A stretch of 36,094 nucleotides of DNA from Cyanobacteria bacterium J06626_4 (GCA_038523235.1 JBCBJQ010000060.1:1-36094), one strand, 5' to 3'. Shown: positions 11,082 to 21,062, counted from the first letter of the stretch. The notes: generated by a model from the sequence alone, not told the origin. Numbers and translations: made by a program.

Positions 11082-11654
11082 ATGTTTCGGAAGATATCCC
11101 TCGGGAATGTCCTGCTGACTGTCGGTGGCATTCTGACGGTTGTTGGGTTTGTGGCTTATTTTCAAGACAATTCCACCCTCAACTTAGTAGGCTTTTTCTA
11201 CGGTATTCCGGTGTTGCTGGGCGGACTGGCGTTGCGCGCCTCTGAACTAGAACCGGCCATCTATTCACAAACCACGACGCCTGCAGTGGCTGCCCTGCGC
11301 GAACAGCAAGCCACTCCGACCCAAAAACAAGTGCGCAGTGACGTGACGCGCTATCGCTATGGGCAAGATGCCCATCTGGACGATGTGCTAGAACGGCTTG
11401 GGCTTGCCCCTTCCGACGAAGAGCGTCCTGAGTTAGTAGCTGTCCGTGAAGAAGATATTGATGGCGCCTATGCCTTAGTGCTGGAGTTTGAATCTGCTTT
11501 GATGCCAACCTCTAAATGGCTCGAGAAGCAGGAGAAGATCGAAAAGTTCTTTGGCCCTGATATTCGGGCCGACATTCATGAACCGCAGGAACATCGGGTC
11601 GATTTGGCTCTCATCGCAGTGGCGACTCCTGAACCTGTGGAAGCGGCCTTATAA
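11082..11654 (+). CDS. DUF2854-family membrane protein (conserved cyanobacterial/plastid)
   Basis: Two N-terminal TM helices, FFYGIP.LLGGLAL..SELEP, DVTRYRYG..AHL, KFFGP. Confidence 0.82.
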   Translation: MFRKISLGNVLLTVGGILTVVGFVAYFQDNSTLNLVGFFYGIPVLLGGLALRASELEPAIYSQTTTPAVAALREQQATPTQKQVRSDVTRYRYGQDAHLDDVLERLGLAPSDEERPELVAVREEDIDGAYALVLEFESALMPTSKWLEKQEKIEKFFGPDIRADIHEPQEHRVDLALIAVATPEPVEAAL

Positions 11655-11708
11655 GCGGTGCTCAGCCTGGTGAATCAACCTTGCTCCACCCTGACTGCGT
11701 GAATATCG

Positions 11709-11734
11709 GCGCGATCGCCTGAGTGCGATCGCGC
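11709..11734. terminator. Hairpin made of two HIP1 sites, possible terminator
   Basis: GCGCGATCGC-ctgagt-GCGATCGCGC, a perfect 10-bp stem 55 nt after the DUF2854 stop; U-tract weak. Confidence 0.4.
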
Positions 11735-12210
11735 TATTGATGACTGAGCGTTTTGCAACCGCTTTCTGGGTAATCGCTCTGACTCTGCCTGCTACTTTTC
11801 CTAATTGTTGGTCAGCGGGAGCCGGTTAATGCTGTGTGGTGCTTTTTCAAAGGGGGCTGTCTGGAGATATCGCCTGACTTTAATGAGAGGCCCGCAGCTC
11901 AGTAATGTTGATATCGCGACGAGGAAAACTGATGGCAATACAGCAGGCTTTTGCTGTGAACCAGGGTGATTCATGCCTGGTTGGATAGAGCGTGAAGCTT
12001 AATTCGACCTCTGGTTCGTTAGCACTTTTGCTGATTTATCTATTCAGTAAACATCAAGTTTCGTAGATTTTAAGGCAGTATTGAAATCAGCCTTAAAGTC
12101 AGCATTAAATCTCAATTAGCCGCCGGCGGGGTGGCGTGTTAGCTCAGCTATGCCGACGGGATTAGCCAAGGCACCACTGACAGTCAAGCGGTTTCTCAAG
12201 CCATAGCAGA

Positions 12211-12239
12211 ATACCCTGTGGGAAGGGCCAGCCTGACGG
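12211..12239 (+). repeat. Small dispersed repeat (SDR-like), copy 1
   Basis: ATACCCTGTGGGAAGGGCCAGCCTGACGG matches 19597-19625 at 25 of 29 positions. Confidence 0.65.
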
Positions 12240-12898
12240 CAGACAGAGAGCGGAACACTTCCAGAAAGGGCCAGCCCTAAGAGGTCGTGAAGCCTACTGG
12301 ATAGTACTTTCAGCCATCTGCGACGACCTCATCAAACGGGGCTGGCGATAGGGTAAAGATTAAGACTGGGAACTCAGCAGACATTTGAACTGAAATCCTG
12401 AAAATTCATCACTCTAATTTTCAAGGTATTTAATATGAAGAAATATATTGGCAGAAGTGATCGGATCTATAAACAAAGTGCTTGACAAATATCTCGCTTG
12501 AAAAAGCAGAGGCAAACAAAAAGATAAAGTAAAAATGCTTTTATCGATACAGTCTTTTGGCGATGAAACTGGCGAAATGCTCTATAGCAGCAAATAGCTG
12601 TATGAGAAATGTTCATCGAGCCAGGTCTCTGTTCCAGCTATTGCACTGCAGCGAGTCTATATCATTGCTAAAGTCCGCTGGGCATAGGGCTATGAGGCTC
12701 GATGCTGTCTACACCGGTGGCGTCAAATTTGAGCATTCAGATCTGACGCAATGGGTTGGGGCATGCAGTGCCGTGTGTCTATTGCTGCCATTGGACTGAA
12801 ATCTCATGCTTAGCATTGGCTCACTACTGCGAGTCTTCGGGCCCGCCATCCGTTGATCCTTATCTCTGGTTAGACAACTCGTTTTAGGAGGCTCGTTT

Positions 12899-13900
12899 AT
12901 GCACGTCGCCAAGGACATTACTCAACTCATTGGCCGCACGCCGCTGGTGCAGCTCAATCGCATTCCTCAGGCAGAGGGCTGCCAAGCGCAAATTTTGGTC
13001 AAGCTAGAAGGCATGAATCCCGCTGCCTCGGTAAAAGATCGCATCGGGGCCAACATGGTGCACGCGGCGGAAGTGGCAGGCACGATTACCCCGACTGAGA
13101 CTGTGCTAGTGGAGCCGACCTCGGGCAACACGGGTATTGCGCTGGCGATGGTGGCAGCAGCTAAGGGCTACCGGCTGATTCTCACGATGCCGGAGACGAT
13201 GAGTCTGGAGCGTCGCGCCATGCTTAAAGCCTATGGGGCGGAGCTAGTGCTGACGCCGGGCAATCTGGGGATGAAGGGGGCGATCGCCCAAGCCCAAGCC
13301 CTGGTTGATCAACTCCCCAATGCCTTTATGCCGCAGCAGTTTGAGAATGCCGCAAATCCCCAAATTCACCGCGAAACCACGGCTGAGGAGATTTGGGCTG
13401 ATACGGATGGGTTGGTCGATATCGTCGTCGCGGGCGTCGGTACGGGGGGCACCATCACAGGGCTGGCCGATGCACTGAAGTCGCGGAAGTCTGGCTTGCA
13501 GGCGATCGCCGTCGAGCCCACGAGCAGTCCCGTCTTGTCTGGTGGTGATCCCGGCCCCCATAAAATTCAGGGCATCGGGGCGGGCTTTGTCCCTGGCGTG
13601 CTGCAAGTAGATCTAATTGACGAGGTGGTCACGGTAACCGATGCCGATGCGATCGCCTATGCTCGCCGTCTAGCCCGAGAAGAAGGCTTGTTGTCTGGCA
13701 TTTCCACGGGGGCGGCGTTGGCGGCGGCGATCGCGGTTGGCCAGCGCCCCGACAACGCTGACAAGCTGATCGTTATGATTCAGCCCAGCTTTGGTGAACG
13801 GTACCTCAGTACGGTGCTGTTCAAAGATCTAGAGCCAGCCTATCCTTCCCTGGTGCCCGACAGTCTACCGGCTCAATATCAGCCCAGTTCCGCCTCCTAA
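12899..13900 (+). CDS. cysK: Cysteine synthase A
   Basis: IGRTPLV, PLP-binding [42 protein letters not shown] at 12886-12891. Confidence 0.97.
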   Translation: MHVAKDITQLIGRTPLVQLNRIPQAEGCQAQILVKLEGMNPAASVKDRIGANMVHAAEVAGTITPTETVLVEPTSGNTGIALAMVAAAKGYRLILTMPETMSLERRAMLKAYGAELVLTPGNLGMKGAIAQAQALVDQLPNAFMPQQFENAANPQIHRETTAEEIWADTDGLVDIVVAGVGTGGTITGLADALKSRKSGLQAIAVEPTSSPVLSGGDPGPHKIQGIGAGFVPGVLQVDLIDEVVTVTDADAIAYARRLAREEGLLSGISTGAALAAAIAVGQRPDNADKLIVMIQPSFGERYLSTVLFKDLEPAYPSLVPDSLPAQYQPSSAS

Positions 13901-13963
13901 AGCGGCAGCGCTGAAATCACTGTTCCTAGAACAACTTGTCTGTAAGGGTTTGGCGGTGCCAAA

Positions 13964-14129
13964 GTATCTGTTTAGCATCCAGCTACTGCCGATCCCCCTC
14001 AATCCCCCTAAAGCCCTGCGGGCATGGCTGCGCGTAGAAAAAGGGGGAAGTCCAAGCCCGTGAGTGGCTAGCCCCCTTTTTAAGGGGGCGGCGACAGCGG
14101 GGGATCCTACGAGCACGCTAAACAGATGC
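13964..14129. mobile_element. MITE/REP-like palindromic element with an internal mini-insertion
   Basis: Outer IR ATCTGTTTAGC (13966-13976) / GCTAAACAGAT (14117-14127); inner IR GATCCCCC (13991) / GGGGGATC (ends 14106); internal CCCCC..GGGGG hairpins typical of cyanobacterial repeats. Confidence 0.65.
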
Positions 14130-14185
14130 GCGCCAACTCCCAGTGATTTTGACCGACTTGCTAACCACTCCCTACCCCCAAAAAC

Positions 14186-14470
14186 ATGACAGAAACCACC
14201 CCCAATCCTGCTGCGCCCACGCCGCGTCAAACCCGCTATTTTGCCCTGGTTGATCGTTTGTTAGCTTGCCCCAATGGCGAAGAACCCGAGATCCTCAATG
14301 CTGAGCCTGATCTGCTCGACGCCGAGTTTGTGCAGGTGTTAATGCAAACGGCCAGCTACTTTGCCCATCAAGACAATGGTGACGCCGCTAAATTTTTGAT
14401 TTTCATCGCCCGCGAACTCAGTCACCAGTTGGGGCTCTATCCCAAAGCGCCCGCGCAACCCCAGTCTTGA
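14186..14470 (+). CDS. Conserved cyanobacterial hypothetical protein (94 aa)
   Basis: Y..L.D.LL.CP.GEEPEILN.EPDLLDA..VQ pattern, which I recall from cyanobacterial small proteins and TPR/CHAT N-termini. Confidence 0.7.
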   Translation: MTETTPNPAAPTPRQTRYFALVDRLLACPNGEEPEILNAEPDLLDAEFVQVLMQTASYFAHQDNGDAAKFLIFIARELSHQLGLYPKAPAQPQS

Positions 14471-14473
14471 TCT

Positions 14474-14638
14474 CTGTCGCTTATACACATCACACGAACT
14501 TGTTTGAAATGCTGTATTGCCCCCCTTTGTCCTCCCAATTCTGGGGGGAGATCAGAGTTCAAGTCCCCCAAACTGGGGGGATTTAGGGGGCTAGATCTCC
14601 AGAAACGACCCATCAGAGACTTATGTATAAGCCGTAGC
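14474..14638. mobile_element. MITE/REP-like palindromic element
   Basis: Terminal IR GCTTATACA (14479-14487) / TGTATAAGC (14624-14632); core GCCCCC..CTCCCAATTCTGGGGGGAG..TCCCCCAAACTGGGGGGA..TTTAGGGGGC. Confidence 0.6.
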
Positions 14639-14661
14639 AACCCTGACCCTGAGGTGTCTCG

Positions 14662-15477
14662 ATGAAACGACGACAAATCACGCTGTGGCTCTCGCTGGCG
14701 GTGCTGACCGGTGGCGGCGCGATCGCCTGTGGCCTGCCCACGGCGTCTACCCTGCCAACTGCCGATGTCGCCGGCACTGATGAGCCCGTGGCACTGACCG
14801 TTTCTGCCGCTGCCAGCGTGCAAAATGCACTCAAAGACGCTCAGGTGGCCTATCAAGACGTCGCGCCCCACGTCACGATTACTTACAACTTCGGTTCGTC
14901 TGGTTCGCTGGCCCAGCAGATTATTCAGGGTGCGCCGACCGATGTGTTTCTCTCTGCCTCGACCCAGTGGATGGATGAGGTGGCAGCCCAAGACCAGATT
15001 CGACCCGGCAGTCGGCAAGATCTGCTGCAAAACGACATTGTTCTGGTGGTGACATCGGGCGAAAACACCATCACAGGCTTTGATGATTTGGCGACCGCCG
15101 CTGTGGATAAAGTGGCGATCGGCGAGCCCAACAGCGTGCCTGCCGGACGCTACGCCAAAGAAACCCTGACCGCGTTAAATCTGTTTGACCCGCTGCAGTC
15201 ACAGCTTGTGTTTACGAAAGATGTGCGACAGGTACTGGCCTACGTCGAAACGGGCAACGTCGATGCCGGGCTGGTATATGCCACTGATGCCCAATTGTCT
15301 GACCAAGCTCAGGTCGTGGCGACCGCGGCGGCCAGCACCCATGCCCCGATCATTTATCCGATCGCCGTGGTGCAAGATACGGATGAAGCATCGGCAGCCC
15401 AAGCGTTTATTGACTTTCTAGCCAGTGAGACTGGGGTGGCGATCTTTCAAGGATACGGTTTCGCCGGGGCGGAATAA
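14662..15477 (+). CDS. modA: Molybdate ABC transporter substrate-binding lipoprotein
   Basis: Lipobox-like AIAC; VSAAAS, FGSSGSLAQQI..GAP.DVFLSA, VPAGRYA, DVRQVL.YVE.G..DAG.VY.TDA. Confidence 0.95.
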   Translation: MKRRQITLWLSLAVLTGGGAIACGLPTASTLPTADVAGTDEPVALTVSAAASVQNALKDAQVAYQDVAPHVTITYNFGSSGSLAQQIIQGAPTDVFLSASTQWMDEVAAQDQIRPGSRQDLLQNDIVLVVTSGENTITGFDDLATAAVDKVAIGEPNSVPAGRYAKETLTALNLFDPLQSQLVFTKDVRQVLAYVETGNVDAGLVYATDAQLSDQAQVVATAAASTHAPIIYPIAVVQDTDEASAAQAFIDFLASETGVAIFQGYGFAGAE

Positions 15478-15593
15478 GCGTTGGCACTGCCGGCGTCCTG
15501 AAGCAGGATCGAACACCGGCAGTCCACGTTCTACAAGCCGCATATTATGTTTGGGCACCTCCTTTATTCCACTGCTCTATAGCTCCTGTGCCC

Positions 15594-17579
15594 ATGCTCG
15601 CCGACCTGTCTCCCCTGTGGATCTCGCTCAAAACGGCCCTGACGGCGACTCTGCTGGCAGCACTACTGGGCATTGCTGCAGCACGGTGGATGGTGAGCGA
15701 TCACCGCCGCGCCCAAAGGTGGATTGACGGCCTCTTTACGCTGCCGCTGGTGCTGCCACCTACCGTCGTCGGATTTTTGCTGCTGCTGCTGCTGGGCCAA
15801 AATAGTCCTGTCGGATGGTTGCTTGACTCACTGGGGATCACCGTGCTCTTTACCTGGGCTGCTACCGTGATCGCCGCCACGATCGTGGCTTTTCCGCTGA
15901 TGTATAAGACCGTGCTGAGCGCCTTTCAGCAAATTGACCGCACGCTGATTAGCTCCGCGCGCACCCTCGGCGCATCGGAATGGCGCATCTTTTGGCAAAT
16001 CTTGTTGCCTTTAGCCTGGCCGGGGGTGCTAGCCGGTACGGTCTTGGCGTTTGCTCGTGCCCTGGGAGAGTTTGGGGCCACGCTGATGGTGGGGGGCAGC
16101 ATTCCGGGGGTAACGCAGACCATGCCCATCGCCATCTTTTTTGCGGCAGAAGCCAGACGCATGGGGGTGGCGCTAGCGTGGGTGCTGCTGATGGTGACGA
16201 TTTCGCTGGTGGTCATTGCCGGACTCAATCGCGACGATCGCCCCTCACGCCACCCGACAGAGCCACCCAACCCCGCGCTGCGACGACTGTTTGACCAGAT
16301 CTACTTTGGCACCGCCCTAGATCGTCAGCGAGGGCGATCGCCGGAACTTCGACCGCCCCCGCTGGCTGCCCCAACGGTGGACTTTGTGTCTCCTGCGCTG
16401 ACTGTTGGCCACCCTCACCCTGCCACCCCCAAACCTCGCTCTGCCTTAGAGAGCCGCCCCTCATCCCCCGCCGACTATGCTCCGTTCGTCTCTCCGGCTC
16501 AGAGCGCTGCCGTAGAACTGCAGGTCAACATTGAAAAACAAATCCCCGGCTTTGACCTGCAGGTGCAGTTTGAAACGGGGAACGAAACCCTCGGCCTGCT
16601 CGGGGCCTCGGGGTCAGGCAAAAGCATGACTTTGCGCTGCATTGCCGGGCTAGAAACGCCGTCTGCCGGACACATCATTTTGAACGGACGGGTGCTCTTT
16701 GATGCGGAGAAACGGATTGATGTGCCCAGCCGAGATCGCAAGGTGGGCCTAGTGTTCCAGAACTACGCGCTGTTTCCTCACCTCACCGTGGCGCAAAATA
16801 TTGCCTTTGGTATGCAGGCGATCCCCAAACCTCAGCGCCCTGCCGCCGTGGCGAACTATCTTGCCATGATGGAGCTGACGGGGCTAGGCGATCGCTATCC
16901 CCATCAGCTGTCAGGCGGCCAGCAGCAGCGGGTAGCCTTGGCGCGGGCGCTAGCAATTCAGCCCGATATTTTGCTATTAGACGAACCGCTTTCGGCGTTG
17001 GATACCTATTTACGTAGCCAAATTGAGCGGCTGCTGGTTGAGGTGCTCTCTACCTATTCTGGCGTGGCGCTGTTCATCACCCACAAGCTCGAAGAAGCCT
17101 ACCGGGTCTGCACGGATCTGCTGGTGCTAGACCAGGGGCGCGCGATCGCCCACGGACCCAAAGCCACTATCTTTGCCAATCCCCCGACTTATCAAGTCGC
17201 CAAGGTGACGGAATGCAAAAACTTCGCCCACGCTCGCGTCCTCCAAGAGGAGCACATCGAAGTTTTAGAGTGGTGCTGTGCGCTCCGGGTCATTCACCCC
17301 ATCCCCGTTGACCTCAACTATGTGGGCATACGCGCCCATCACATCCAGTTTGTGAGATTGGGCGATCTCCCCAATACCTTTCCTGGCTGGCTGGCCATGG
17401 TGAGTGAAACTCAACACCGAGTCAGCCTCTATCTCAAGCTCCACAATCCCCCCATCTCGACTCAGGACTATCACCTGCAGGCAGAGGTCTATCGCGATCG
17501 TTGGGATCTCCTCAAGGGCCGTCCTCAACCCTGGCACATCCACCTTGACCCCACCCAACTGATCCTGCTAACTGACTGA
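15594..17579 (+). CDS. modBC: Fused molybdate ABC permease / ATP-binding protein
   Basis: ModB part LPLVLPPTVVG, FARALGEFGAT; ModC part GASGSGKS, LSGGQQQR, LLLDEP; ATG at 15594 (GTG at 15588 is an alternative). Confidence 0.93.
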   Translation: MLADLSPLWISLKTALTATLLAALLGIAAARWMVSDHRRAQRWIDGLFTLPLVLPPTVVGFLLLLLLGQNSPVGWLLDSLGITVLFTWAATVIAATIVAFPLMYKTVLSAFQQIDRTLISSARTLGASEWRIFWQILLPLAWPGVLAGTVLAFARALGEFGATLMVGGSIPGVTQTMPIAIFFAAEARRMGVALAWVLLMVTISLVVIAGLNRDDRPSRHPTEPPNPALRRLFDQIYFGTALDRQRGRSPELRPPPLAAPTVDFVSPALTVGHPHPATPKPRSALESRPSSPADYAPFVSPAQSAAVELQVNIEKQIPGFDLQVQFETGNETLGLLGASGSGKSMTLRCIAGLETPSAGHIILNGRVLFDAEKRIDVPSRDRKVGLVFQNYALFPHLTVAQNIAFGMQAIPKPQRPAAVANYLAMMELTGLGDRYPHQLSGGQQQRVALARALAIQPDILLLDEPLSALDTYLRSQIERLLVEVLSTYSGVALFITHKLEEAYRVCTDLLVLDQGRAIAHGPKATIFANPPTYQVAKVTECKNFAHARVLQEEHIEVLEWCCALRVIHPIPVDLNYVGIRAHHIQFVRLGDLPNTFPGWLAMVSETQHRVSLYLKLHNPPISTQDYHLQAEVYRDRWDLLKGRPQPWHIHLDPTQLILLTD

Positions 17580-17618
17580 GTCTGATCTTGCTCTTGGCGG
17601 CAGCGACCAGTGGGGGCT

Positions 17619-17848
17619 GGTGGAGAGTAGAGAGGAGAGGGTAGAGAGATCAGAAGTAGACATGTCGGTAGCGCAGCGATGCCCTGAATTCAGGTTGTCT
17701 TCAAGGTCGAGGCTTTCGAGCGATTGTTAGGGAACTGATCCCCTACAAGACCCTATTTCAGGGTAATGATCCCGACTCTCTACACTCGCCCAATCACTCT
17801 GCTCCCTCTACCCCCCACTCCCCGCCCTCCACTCCTCACTTCCCCATT
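17619..17848. repeat. Purine-rich and pyrimidine-rich low-complexity tracts forming a loose inverted pair
   Basis: GGTGGAGAGTAGAGAGGAGAGGGTAGAGAG (~17619-17648) and CTCTCTACACTC...CCCCACTCCCCGCCCTCCACTCCTCACTTCCCC (~17776-17845). Confidence 0.5.
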
Positions 17849-18030
17849 TAGTAAGAAACCTAAACACAGTCTTATTTTTGGAACATAGACCGCCCGTTGG
17901 GAAAAGATTTTGGCTAGACTAATTTCAACTTGTTCGATGGCCTGCTCACCATCCACGCTGCTGAGTTGATGCCCTGCAGCTTTGAGTCATCTACCCGATC
18001 TGCCTGCGCCCACCTTCGTTGACTTAACCT

Positions 18031-19371
18031 ATGACCTCTTCTGCCAACCGCCGCTCCCCCTCGCTGATGGATCTTGCTCAGGGGGTGATTGCGACCTCTC
18101 TGTTGACAGCATTTGCGATCGCGAGTCCCGTTCGGGTGCCAACGGCTGAGGCGGTCGAGGTTTTAGAAGATAATCCCAAAGCTGTGCTCGATGAAGCGTG
18201 GCAGCTGGTACATCGGGAGTATGTTGATTCCACTTTTAATCAAACTGACTGGCTCGCAGTGCGGCAACGCCTGCTGAGTCAGGAATACAGCTCAACGGAA
18301 GCGGCCTATACGGCCCTGCGAGAGGAACTGCGTCGCCTCAATGATCCCTACACGCGATTTTTAGACCCGCAAGAATATTCCGACCTCTCTGACCAAACCG
18401 CTGGAGAAGTCTCTGGGGTGGGGCTGCAGTTGCGCCGCGATGACCAATCTCAAGGCATCTATGTGACAACAGTGTTGGCTGACTCACCGGCAGAGGCCAG
18501 TGGTCTGCGAGCGGGCGATCGCATTTTGTTAGTCGATGGCCAATCAACCGAGCGCCTGAGCACGACGGGTGTTGCCCGGCTGCTGCGGGGGGCCGATGGC
18601 TCGCAAGTGACCCTCACCTATTCGCGGCAGAGTGGCCAGCCCAGCTCGGTAATTTTGACTCGCGCCCGCCTCGAACTGCCGACTGTGGCTCATCAACTCA
18701 AAGAGGTGAACGGCTATCGCATCGGCTACATTCGCCTGGATGAGTTCAACGGCCACGCCACAGAGCAAATGGTGGAGGCCATCACGACCCTGACAGAACA
18801 GAATGCGGAAGCGTTTGTCTTAGATCTGCGCAGTAACCCCGGCGGGTTGCTATCGGCCAGTATTGAAATCAGCCGACTGTGGCTGCAGCGAGGGCCGATT
18901 GTGCTAACCCTCGATCGCGATGGCGATCCAGCAGAAATCAGCGCCAACCGCTCCGCTCTGACGGATTTGCCGATGGCGGTGTTGGTCAACAGTCGTTCTG
19001 CCAGCTCTAGCGAAATTTTGACTGGGGCACTGCAGGATAATGACCGGGCAACCGTAGTAGGCACAACGACCTATGGCAAAGCTTTAGTGCAGTCGCTCTA
19101 TGGTCTCTCGGATGGGTCGGGACTGGCCGTGACAATCGCCCACTATTACACCCCCAACGGCACCGACATTAGCGAACGTGGCATTACCCCAGATATTGAG
19201 GTCGATCTGAGCAATATTGAACTGCAGGCGCTGTTTAATGATCCGACCCGGTTAGCCTCTGAGCAAGACGTGCAGTTTGTACAGGCAGTTTCAGCGCTGG
19301 AGTCTACCATTCAAAGCTACCGAGCCACGCCGTCTGCGCCCAGCCAGCTGGGCCTGTTCCCCAATGAGTAG
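18031..19371 (+). CDS. Carboxyl-terminal processing protease (S41A, CtpA/CtpB-like)
   Basis: Signal peptide; LNDPYTRFL; PDZ domain GVGLQL; LDLRSNPGG; catalytic SASSSE; TYGKALVQ. Confidence 0.92.
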   Translation: MTSSANRRSPSLMDLAQGVIATSLLTAFAIASPVRVPTAEAVEVLEDNPKAVLDEAWQLVHREYVDSTFNQTDWLAVRQRLLSQEYSSTEAAYTALREELRRLNDPYTRFLDPQEYSDLSDQTAGEVSGVGLQLRRDDQSQGIYVTTVLADSPAEASGLRAGDRILLVDGQSTERLSTTGVARLLRGADGSQVTLTYSRQSGQPSSVILTRARLELPTVAHQLKEVNGYRIGYIRLDEFNGHATEQMVEAITTLTEQNAEAFVLDLRSNPGGLLSASIEISRLWLQRGPIVLTLDRDGDPAEISANRSALTDLPMAVLVNSRSASSSEILTGALQDNDRATVVGTTTYGKALVQSLYGLSDGSGLAVTIAHYYTPNGTDISERGITPDIEVDLSNIELQALFNDPTRLASEQDVQFVQAVSALESTIQSYRATPSAPSQLGLFPNE

Positions 19372-19566
19372 GACGCAGTTCTGAACCGTGTGCACTTTGC
19401 TTTTTTGTGGATAGCGCCTCTATTAGCAGGACTGCAGCACGCTGATCAGTGGGTACCAACTTAAATACTGATGGGCGATTGTTCGTCAAGCTTCGTACTG
19501 CAAAATTGATACCATCCACGAAGTGAATGTCGTCTGTAAGGTTCGGCCCAGAACCTCATCTCTGGA

Positions 19567-19693
19567 TATAGCAGAATTCGGAATGCTGAGTTCGACATAC
19601 CCTGCGGGAAGGGCAAGCCCTACGGAATTGCCAGGTTTGTCAGATGGCGATGACAGCGTTCTGGAATGATTTGACCAAACTGCGGATGCTATA
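19567..19693. repeat. Composite repeat: TATAGCA/TGCTATA ends, degenerate heptamer tract and an SDR-like insert (19597-19625)
   Basis: GAATTCG-GAATGCT-GAGTTCG-[30 nt containing ATACCCTGCGGGAAGGGCAAGCCCTACG]-GAATTGC. Confidence 0.55.
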
Positions 19694-19746
19694 GCTGATA
19701 GGCATCCGCAAACAATATAGAGGCCAGGTAAGTGGTTGGGGAGTGT

Positions 19747-20130
19747 ATGAAAACTCGTTTTTCGCGCATGCTCGCATTGGGATTAGGGGTGTTAGCCACT
19801 GTGCTAACGGGCCTTTGGAGCCTCCGAGGCAGTGCGTTTACACTGCCACCAGCTTCTTCCCTAGCCGCTAGTGAGACCCAGTTGGCCACGGCCGTCGCAC
19901 CCCCCGATCTGGTTACGGAAGTCCTCAATGGTGAACCCATTTCAGTTTTGTATGTGACCTCTGATAACACCTTGTTGGTGCGATGTTATCCCGGTTACGA
20001 ACCAGTCATCCGGCGACGAGCGATGGGCAGTGATCCTAGTGCTGCCAACGTTCAGCAAGAAGGGGTCTTAAGATGTGACAACCCAGACGATTATCCTAGA
20101 GAAACTGACACACTGCCAGAATTGGAATAA
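19747..20130 (+). CDS. Hypothetical exported/membrane-anchored protein
   Basis: MKTRFSR plus hydrophobic signal segment; Cys pair (VRCYPG...LRCDN); ATG at 19747 preferred over GTG at 19732. Confidence 0.65.
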   Translation: MKTRFSRMLALGLGVLATVLTGLWSLRGSAFTLPPASSLAASETQLATAVAPPDLVTEVLNGEPISVLYVTSDNTLLVRCYPGYEPVIRRRAMGSDPSAANVQQEGVLRCDNPDDYPRETDTLPELE

Positions 20131-20447
20131 GCTCTCAGCGACCCCTTTACGCTTTAAGATTGATACACTCGACGAGTTTATGCAGTTTTATAGCGGTCTC
20201 TAGGACCTTGTTAATCCTAAGAATTGGGGTTGATAAGGCACCAGGAAAAATACTCGTCCATCAACCCGAACTATTTTTCAAATAGCGATCGCTAGCGACT
20301 TCTAGCCTTTGAGTACAAGCTTAACTAGCATCCACAATTCCACCCTTGCCGTCTCCTATAATTCGCATGTCTCTGCCAGATTTGATTTGGGTAAATGAGC
20401 CTAAAAGGATTGGTAGAAACTTTGGCCTGCGATTCTGAGGTAAAAGT

Positions 20448-21062
20448 GTGGGACAGGGACAAGATTGGGTGGTTGCCGACGATGGCCAACTTCAGGCCTG
20501 TACTCCCCCTCGAGAATGGAATTTACTGGAAACCCCTTACCGCTTCCATCGTTTTCTCACGCAGGTAGAAGACGTTCTTAAAGAATCGCCCAACGAGCAC
20601 GACTATCTGCCGGCTATTCGCCGTCTCGTCCGTAAGTTAGCGCTCAACTCCTATTGGTTGCAGACGCAACACCCTGAACTCAGCACCTTAAATGATGTGG
20701 CGATCCAGACGCTCTACGACGAAATTGGCTATCCCCTAACGGTGCAAACCAACACCTACCCACCTGGAGCGGTCTCTCCGGTGCATAATCACGGCACTTG
20801 GGGCGTAGTCACCCTGCTGCAGGGGCAAGAGAGAAATACATTTTGGCAGCGCACGCCAACTCCAGAGTCCAAAGATAAAGTGACTCCAGCAGGAGAAAAA
20901 ATCTTTTGCCCTGGGGATGTCATCAGCTTTTCCCCCGGTGCCATTCATTGTGTAGAGGCCGTTGGCGATACGCCGATGGTCACTTTTAACCTCTATGGGG
21001 AAACCCATAGCAAGGCCCGGTTTGAGTTCGATCCTAAGACCCATCAAGCCAAAAACTTTTAA
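20448..21062 (+). CDS. Cupin, cysteine/thiol dioxygenase-like
   Basis: PVHNHGTWG...G.E.N and PGAIH.V give a three-His metal site. Confidence 0.8.
   Translation: MGQGQDWVVADDGQLQACTPPREWNLLETPYRFHRFLTQVEDVLKESPNEHDYLPAIRRLVRKLALNSYWLQTQHPELSTLNDVAIQTLYDEIGYPLTVQTNTYPPGAVSPVHNHGTWGVVTLLQGQERNTFWQRTPTPESKDKVTPAGEKIFCPGDVISFSPGAIHCVEAVGDTPMVTFNLYGETHSKARFEFDPKTHQAKNF

Noticed and set aside
12557..12918. Short ORFs upstream of cysK (80 and 69 aa) and TTGACA at 12482
   Set aside because: No coding signature or RBS; no -10 box at the proper spacing from the TTGACA.
14634..14647. NtcA-like GTA-N8-GAC before modA
   Set aside because: One mismatch, overlaps a repeat end and lies too close to the ATG for an activating site.
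20188..20295. Possible further MITE (TAGCGGTC / GATCGCTA ends, inner GGGTTGAT / ATCAACCC)
   Set aside because: Short imperfect ends that overlap a HIP1 site, and only one copy in the window.
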